A stretch of 64,000 nt of DNA from an uncultured Gammaproteobacteria bacterium (GTDB lineage Bacteria; Patescibacteriota; Patescibacteriia; UBA11705; JABHMO01), in NCBI GenBank assembly GCA_964590105.1, contig CAZPYM010000001.1:236746-300745 (forward strand), in the 5' to 3' direction. Numbering within the stretch: the stretch's first letter is position 1; every line of letters starts with the position of its first letter. The notes beneath the pieces are model-generated. The model was given only the letters and a program-made list of their open reading frames with translations, was not told where the DNA came from and did no database searches. The translations under genes were made by a program, and so were the position numbers. This document shows, in pieces, positions 58,416-64,000 of this stretch.

Positions 58416-60323
58416 ATGAATCGTGAAAAGATAAAACAACTTATATTTAAGCAAATCCTTCGCTCTACACAAATAAAAAAAGTTTTGTTTTTTTTAATTC
58501 TCGACATCCTAATCATAATTGCAGCACTTTACTTTTCATTTTTATTGCGCTTTGACTTTGATGCTTCAAATGATTACTTTCGTTTTATTAAACCGGCATT
58601 GCCTTTTTTTATATTAATAAAATTGCTTTGTTTTTTAACACTGAAATTGTATAGATTAAGCTGGCGATTTGTAAGCTTCAAAGATCTTCTTAATATTATC
58701 AAAGCAGTCTTCACCTCTAGTCTAATATTAATGCTTATCCTCTACTTTCTACGACTTTCAATTTTTGAAGGCTTCCCTCGCGGAATTTTAATTATTGACG
58801 CTCTAATTACTCTCTTGCTTATGGCCCTCCTAAGAATCTCCAAAAGATTCTTTTTAGAAGCAATCCGAGGAACCTATGGTCAAAAAGGGAGGCGAACAAT
58901 AATAATCGGCGGTGGAAATACAGGAGAGATGATTCTACGGGATATTCAAAAATCTTATTTAAATAAATACAACCCCGTAGCTATTCTCGACGACGATTCT
59001 AACTTAACAAAAACATACTTACATGGAATAAAAATAATCGAAGGAATCTGCGCATTAGACGCTGTAATCAAAAGTTATCGCGCTGAAGTTGTAATAATCG
59101 CAATTCCATCGCTTAGACACGGCAAACTAAGGGAGATTCACAAAACATCAAAGGAAGCAGGCATCAAAGAAATTAAAATTGTCCCTCAACTTTATAATAC
59201 CGTTAAACCCGAAATTCATGTTAAAACTCTCGATGACTTAAAAATAGAAGATTTAATTGGCCGCCAGGTAGTAAAAATTGATTATAACGAAATTGGCAAG
59301 GACATCATCGACAAAACAGTGATGATCACTGGCGCCGCAGGCTCAATTGGTTTTGAATTAACAAAACAAATCTGCAACTTTAATCCAAAAAAAATTATTC
59401 TTTTTGAAATCGATGAAACTGAACTTTTTAATGCTCAAATGTTTCTTAGAAGACGATTTCCAGAGCTTCAAGAAAATACAAAATATATTGTAGGCGATAT
59501 TTATGACACCAGGCGAACAAGAAAGATTTTTCAAAAATACAAGCCTGAAATCGTTTTCCATGCAGCAGCATATAAACATGTGCCAATGATGGAGCACAAT
59601 GCATCCGAAGCAGTAAAAATTAATATACTTGGGACAAACAACCTAGCAAAAAATGCATGTGAATTTGGAGGAAAAAAATTCATTATGATTTCAACTGATA
59701 AAGCCGTAAGGCCTACAAGCATAATGGGAGCGACCAAAAGAGTTGCGGAATTTATATGCCAGACTCGAAACAGTCTAGGAATGACAGAATTTATATCTGT
59801 TAGATTTGGCAATGTGTTAGGAAGTAGAGGAAGCGTGCTGCCATTGTTTTTGGATCAAATTAAACACGGCGGTCCGCTAACGGTAACGCACAAGGATATA
59901 AAAAGATACTTCATGACAATTCCTGAAGCAGTATCATTGGTTTTACAAGCGAGTACGATCGGCAGGGGCAGTGATATAATGGTCCTAGATATGGGTAAGC
60001 CAATAAAAATCATTGACCTCGCAGAAGAATTATTAAGAATAAACGGACTTAGACCTTATCAAGATATTGACATTAAGTTTACCGGATTGCGGCCTGGCGA
60101 AAAAATGTTTGAAGAGATTCTAACTGCCGAAGAAGGAACTAAAGCGACAAGACATGAACAAATCTTTATAGCGAACAATAAAAAGATTCACACCATTGAA
60201 GAAATTGAAAAAATTATCGCTCAATTCCAAGCCTGCATAGAATCAACCTCAGCAGAGCCACACTTAATTAAAGGGCTACTAAAACAACATGTTCCATGGT
60301 ATGAAAACCAGACTAAAACCTGA
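58416..60323 (+). CDS. Membrane-bound UDP-GlcNAc 4,6-dehydratase (PglF/CapD/WbpM family)
   Basis: TGAAGSIG, HAAAYKHVP, STDKAV.P...MGATK, RFGNVLGSRGSV, GLRPGEK. Confidence 0.95.
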   Translation: MNREKIKQLIFKQILRSTQIKKVLFFLILDILIIIAALYFSFLLRFDFDASNDYFRFIKPALPFFILIKLLCFLTLKLYRLSWRFVSFKDLLNIIKAVFTSSLILMLILYFLRLSIFEGFPRGILIIDALITLLLMALLRISKRFFLEAIRGTYGQKGRRTIIIGGGNTGEMILRDIQKSYLNKYNPVAILDDDSNLTKTYLHGIKIIEGICALDAVIKSYRAEVVIIAIPSLRHGKLREIHKTSKEAGIKEIKIVPQLYNTVKPEIHVKTLDDLKIEDLIGRQVVKIDYNEIGKDIIDKTVMITGAAGSIGFELTKQICNFNPKKIILFEIDETELFNAQMFLRRRFPELQENTKYIVGDIYDTRRTRKIFQKYKPEIVFHAAAYKHVPMMEHNASEAVKINILGTNNLAKNACEFGGKKFIMISTDKAVRPTSIMGATKRVAEFICQTRNSLGMTEFISVRFGNVLGSRGSVLPLFLDQIKHGGPLTVTHKDIKRYFMTIPEAVSLVLQASTIGRGSDIMVLDMGKPIKIIDLAEELLRINGLRPYQDIDIKFTGLRPGEKMFEEILTAEEGTKATRHEQIFIANNKKIHTIEEIEKIIAQFQACIESTSAEPHLIKGLLKQHVPWYENQTKT

Positions 60324-60334
60324 ACTAAACCTAA

Positions 60335-61066
60335 ATGCTTGCATTTAAAATATTTCAAAATTTAATTTCTCCGACCATTTTTATTTCTATTGTTATTTTA
60401 ATTGGTCTAATCTTATATATCAAGTTAAAGAAAAAAAGGGCCGGAGAAATACTAATTCTTATTGGATTCATCTTATTTTATTTATTTTCTATAAAACCAA
60501 TAAGTGATTTAATAATATGGCCATTAGAAAAACAATACCAACAAATAAATGAAAATCAAATAAACCAAGCTAATACAATTGTTCTTTTAAGAGGCGGCAG
60601 AGAGGCTGATATTTTAAGGAGTGGCGAAGCCGTGCGCTTATATACTATAGGGTCAAGACAACAAGCTAAAAAATATTCTATTATAATCTCTGGGACAGAT
60701 CCATTGCCAAAAGGCTTATCAAATTCAGCAAAAGAATTATCTAAAATCGTTGAAGACTGGGGCATACCAGCAGAAAATATTTTAATTGATGATCAATCCA
60801 GAAACACCCTTGAAAGCGCATTGAACATAAAAAAATTAGTTGACAATCGGCCCTTTTTTTTGGTAACATCATCATATCATTTACCGCGATCAATGTTAGT
60901 CTTTAAAATACTTGGGACAAATCCAATTCCCGCTCCAGCAGACTTCAAAATTAATAAAGCCTATGATTTATTCAGTTTCTTCCCCAGTCCGGGCAATCTT
61001 GAGAAAGTTGATTTATCTGTTCACGAATACCTCGGATATTTATATTACAAATTTAAATTACTATAA
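60335..61066 (+). CDS. YdcF/ElyC (DUF218) family protein
   Basis: SRNTLESA, LVTSSYHLPRS, HEYLG. Confidence 0.9.
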   Translation: MLAFKIFQNLISPTIFISIVILIGLILYIKLKKKRAGEILILIGFILFYLFSIKPISDLIIWPLEKQYQQINENQINQANTIVLLRGGREADILRSGEAVRLYTIGSRQQAKKYSIIISGTDPLPKGLSNSAKELSKIVEDWGIPAENILIDDQSRNTLESALNIKKLVDNRPFFLVTSSYHLPRSMLVFKILGTNPIPAPADFKINKAYDLFSFFPSPGNLEKVDLSVHEYLGYLYYKFKLL

Positions 61067-61072
61067 AAACTT

Positions 61073-62098
61073 ATGCCAGATCAACAACCATGGGACAAAG
61101 AACGGCCGTTCAACCAACAGCAAACAGATGAAATTAATTTGATTGAATATATATTAATTCTATGGAAGAGAAAATGGTCAATGATTGTTATTTTTTCATT
61201 TATTATCATCATTGCAGTTGTTGTAAGTCTTTTAATTACGCCAACTTTTGAAAGTGAAGCTTTAATTCAAATCGGAACATATCAGAATAATCCGATTGAA
61301 TCAACAAATGACTTAAACGCTGTAATGTACAGCGAACCAATACTTGAACAATTAAATAAAATACTTGGCTTAAATAGCGTTCCAGCAATATTAACTGGTG
61401 TTTTTGACATTACGCAAAAAAAATCAGATGAAAAAGACGGAGTAAGCAATTATTTGCAAATCAAAGGCCGCGGAGAAACTCCTGAAAAAGCCAAAACCGT
61501 AGTTGTGGCGGTCCGCGAATTAATCATAGCAAGACATAACAAGCTATTTGATGAAGCCCTCAACAAGTTTAACTTGGAAGTTGAACTTATAAAACGAGAT
61601 CAGCAATTAACTGAAACTACAGTCAAGCAAAAAGAACTGGCACTTGCACGAACAGAAAAAGATATTAATTATTACGAAGGAGAAATACAAAAACGCGCTG
61701 ACGCTGATTCAGAAGGACAGGGCAGAATAGTAGAAAGTTATATTAACTTATTGGCAACCGCAAAAACGCAAAAAGAAACCAGAGTAATCGAAATTGAAAA
61801 TTTAAAACAAGAGCTCGAAAATTTTGACTTCAAATTTCAAGAAAAAGCATTTGAACGAAAATATCAAACCAAACCGACTACCGTTGAAATCAGCGCCAGT
61901 CTGCCGCAAACAAAAATCGCGCCGGACAGAAGAAAAAATGTAATAATTTCTGCCGTGCTCGCCGCTTTCCTGGCGGTTTTATATGCTTTTGCCGCTGAAT
62001 TCGTCAGCCAGCACAAATCAGAATTCAAGAATAGCAAAAAGAAAGAAGATGAAATTCATGACCAGCCCACCCCTCCGACCATTTGCAATTTTACTTAG
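61073..62098 (+). CDS. wzz: Wzz-like polysaccharide co-polymerase
   Basis: DEINL...LWKRKW, two TMs flanking a coiled coil, P....P before TM2. Confidence 0.8.
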   Translation: MPDQQPWDKERPFNQQQTDEINLIEYILILWKRKWSMIVIFSFIIIIAVVVSLLITPTFESEALIQIGTYQNNPIESTNDLNAVMYSEPILEQLNKILGLNSVPAILTGVFDITQKKSDEKDGVSNYLQIKGRGETPEKAKTVVVAVRELIIARHNKLFDEALNKFNLEVELIKRDQQLTETTVKQKELALARTEKDINYYEGEIQKRADADSEGQGRIVESYINLLATAKTQKETRVIEIENLKQELENFDFKFQEKAFERKYQTKPTTVEISASLPQTKIAPDRRKNVIISAVLAAFLAVLYAFAAEFVSQHKSEFKNSKKKEDEIHDQPTPPTICNFT

Positions 62099-62110
62099 TA
62101 GACAAATATA

Positions 62111-62145
62111 AAAGAAGCGTCCCGCCTTGGCGGTGCGCTTCTTTT
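62111..62145 (+). terminator. Terminator at end of the glycan locus
   Basis: AAAGAAGCG-T-CCCGCC...GGCGG-TG-CGCTTCTTTT. Confidence 0.7.
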
Positions 62146-62379
62146 ATTTATCCACAGGGTTGCAATAAACAATAGAACAAAAAAATGGTATAATAAAATT
62201 GAAGAATAATAAACGTCTTCACCTAAATTTATAAAAGTGAAGGCAAAGCAACATTGGATATTGGCGGATTAATCTATCTTGGGCCCAATCTTAAGAATAT
62301 AGATTAATTCATCTGTCCATAGCCAGGAAAAAAGGTCGGATGGCTAAAAGATGTTGAAAAAAAATGAAAGGATAATAAC

Positions 62380-63519
62380 ATGACTGAAAAAATTAAATCA
62401 TTGTTCAGGGACAAAAACAAACTGAGCAAAATCTTGTTTGTAGCTGTTTTGGTGTGCACGGTTGTTTTCATGTCTGATCTCACGGCCTTGGCCACGCAAA
62501 ATAGTGGCAATGGTTATGGCTATGGAGCAGGCGACTATGCGTATGGTTATGGCTATTGGACAGAATCAGGACCGACATTAGCGATGAAATACAATGGCTG
62601 TACAGCGAGCTGTTCAATCAGCGAGACTACAGCCGTAACTATCACCGCCACTTTTAGTTCTGCGCCATCAGGAACGCCTGATGTAAAGATTGTTGAAGGA
62701 TCCACAACCACGCAAGCGTTTACTGCCATGACCGGAACAGGAACAACATGGACTTATGCTTATACCACCGGATCAGTTTCAGCAAGCACAACCGCGACTG
62801 TAAGCGTCAGAACACTTGCCGGCACAGGTTACACACCAACAGCAACTAACGGCACATTCACTGTTACTGACTCAGCGGCGGCAGTTGGCGGAGGCGGAAC
62901 CGGAAGCGGAGCGACCGCTACCCCAGTAACTGTGGTAGCCCCGACTGAAACAACAACAACTACGACAACACTAACACCAACAGAAATTGCTCTAGTCGTT
63001 CCTGTGAAACCAGCAGTAATCAACTTGGATGCTGAAAAAGAAGGTTTGGCAAAGTTTATAGAAATCACAAATGCTCTGCCGACAACTGAAGCCAACTGGC
63101 AAGTTGTAAACTTTATAGCTTATGGTACCGATGCTTCGTCAAAAATGTCAGTACGCGACAGAAAAGGCGTAATCGGAGATTACTTTGAAGTATATGGCCG
63201 AGTGCCAAGTTCTGACAGTGACTGGGAAGATATTTCATTGATCCTGACCAGCCACAAACCACACCAAAGAAAACTGGCTGCTGAAAAACAAGCATTAGTC
63301 GACTTTATCAAGGTTTACAAGAGATTGCCTGATTTCAAAAACATTAATGATGAATGGGCTGTGTACTACATTGCCTATAATATCAGAAATGTTGTCAGGA
63401 ATCTGAACAGTGAGAGAGCTGCCATCGGCACATTCAAGAGTGTTTACAAGTATCTGCCTAGCACCTCGCACCAGTGGTCAATCATGAGAGCAATTGGATA
63501 CACCGGAGCAAAAAGATAG
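62380..63519 (+). CDS. Secreted surface protein: GY-rich segment, Ig-like domain, Thr-rich linker, C-terminal helical repeats
   Basis: Signal peptide ending ALA; GYGYGAGDYAYGYGYW; beta-rich T/S domain; poly-Thr; four repeats E..A...F..VY.RLP.....W....IAY. Confidence 0.75.
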   Translation: MTEKIKSLFRDKNKLSKILFVAVLVCTVVFMSDLTALATQNSGNGYGYGAGDYAYGYGYWTESGPTLAMKYNGCTASCSISETTAVTITATFSSAPSGTPDVKIVEGSTTTQAFTAMTGTGTTWTYAYTTGSVSASTTATVSVRTLAGTGYTPTATNGTFTVTDSAAAVGGGGTGSGATATPVTVVAPTETTTTTTTLTPTEIALVVPVKPAVINLDAEKEGLAKFIEITNALPTTEANWQVVNFIAYGTDASSKMSVRDRKGVIGDYFEVYGRVPSSDSDWEDISLILTSHKPHQRKLAAEKQALVDFIKVYKRLPDFKNINDEWAVYYIAYNIRNVVRNLNSERAAIGTFKSVYKYLPSTSHQWSIMRAIGYTGAKR

Positions 63520-63701
63520 TACATTTAGAAACGTTAGTATAGAGAGGAGACAGCATAGACTGTCTCCTTTTGTTTTTTAGAAAAAACACTGCTCCTAATA
63601 TAAAGTTTCAGGTTCTTGAAAATATATTTTTAAAAAAAGAAAAGAGCGCTGGTTCATTGAACCAAGCGCTCTTTGTTGTCTCACATTAACATGAGGACCC
63701 T

Positions 63702-64000
63702 TTATTCTGTTGGAATATTGCCAAACGGATAGAAACACAGTCCTTCTTCAGTACACCAAGCAGAAGGCTCTGGACAATCCGCGTCGACCTCACACCCAAT
63801 CGGTTCAGCACAGCCATTCATTGCGATTTTACCCAAATCATCAAAAATCCAGCTTTGGGTACATCGATTAAGGTACGGGTCACACACTTCTGCATCATAA
63901 GTAACGACCCCTCCAATAAACCAATCGCAGTACGGATCAAGGTCAACACAATCCGCATCAACCTCGCATGGAATGCAATTTCCGACCGGCGTATGCTGAC
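63702..64000 (-). CDS. Cys-rich repeat protein, 5'-truncated by window
   Basis: Frame is open to the window edge; two CEVDADC repeats; terminator hairpin at 63641-63674. Confidence 0.65.
   Translation of the reverse strand, partial: QHTPVGNCIPCEVDADCVDLDPYCDWFIGGVVTYDAEVCDPYLNRCTQSWIFDDLGKIAMNGCAEPIGCEVDADCPEPSAWCTEEGLCFYPFGNIPTE

Noticed and set aside
1-64000. CRISPR array, rRNA, transposase, oriC
   Set aside because: No spaced direct-repeat array, rRNA-like sequence or transposase ORF seen. The DnaA boxes are isolated rather than clustered.

Overview
AT-rich bacterial chromosome segment read in standard code 11. Gene content and style (mostly SD-less housekeeping genes, four-helix-bundle insert, CPR-type palindromic repeats and surface protein) suggest Patescibacteria/CPR; this is inference. 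Three blocks. (1) ~1.1-16 kb is a histidine/amino-acid-stereochemistry island. A perfect sigma70 promoter and a His-rich leader peptide attenuator sit in front of tRNA-His(GUG) and hisS. Then follow an orphan histidine ammonia-lyase, a CntK-like histidine racemase fused to a GNAT domain and an enolase-superfamily racemase. A second, divergent HisRS has its own tRNA-His(GUG) that lacks both G-1 and an encoded CCA. The block ends with a HAD/LOG/PRTase trio, two M20 deacylases and two more GNATs, one behind a second (KKK) leader attenuator. (2) ~17-30 kb holds tRNA-Thr, rpmG, glycosylation genes, pcm, a stand-alone LigD phosphoesterase, tRNA-Trp and apt/MTAP purine salvage. (3) ~30.5-62 kb is a large Wzx/Wzy-type surface glycan locus with unusual sugar-nucleotide fusions, followed by a secreted repeat-containing surface protein. 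The best candidate for an undescribed system is block 1. All family calls come from motifs read by eye; no database search was run.
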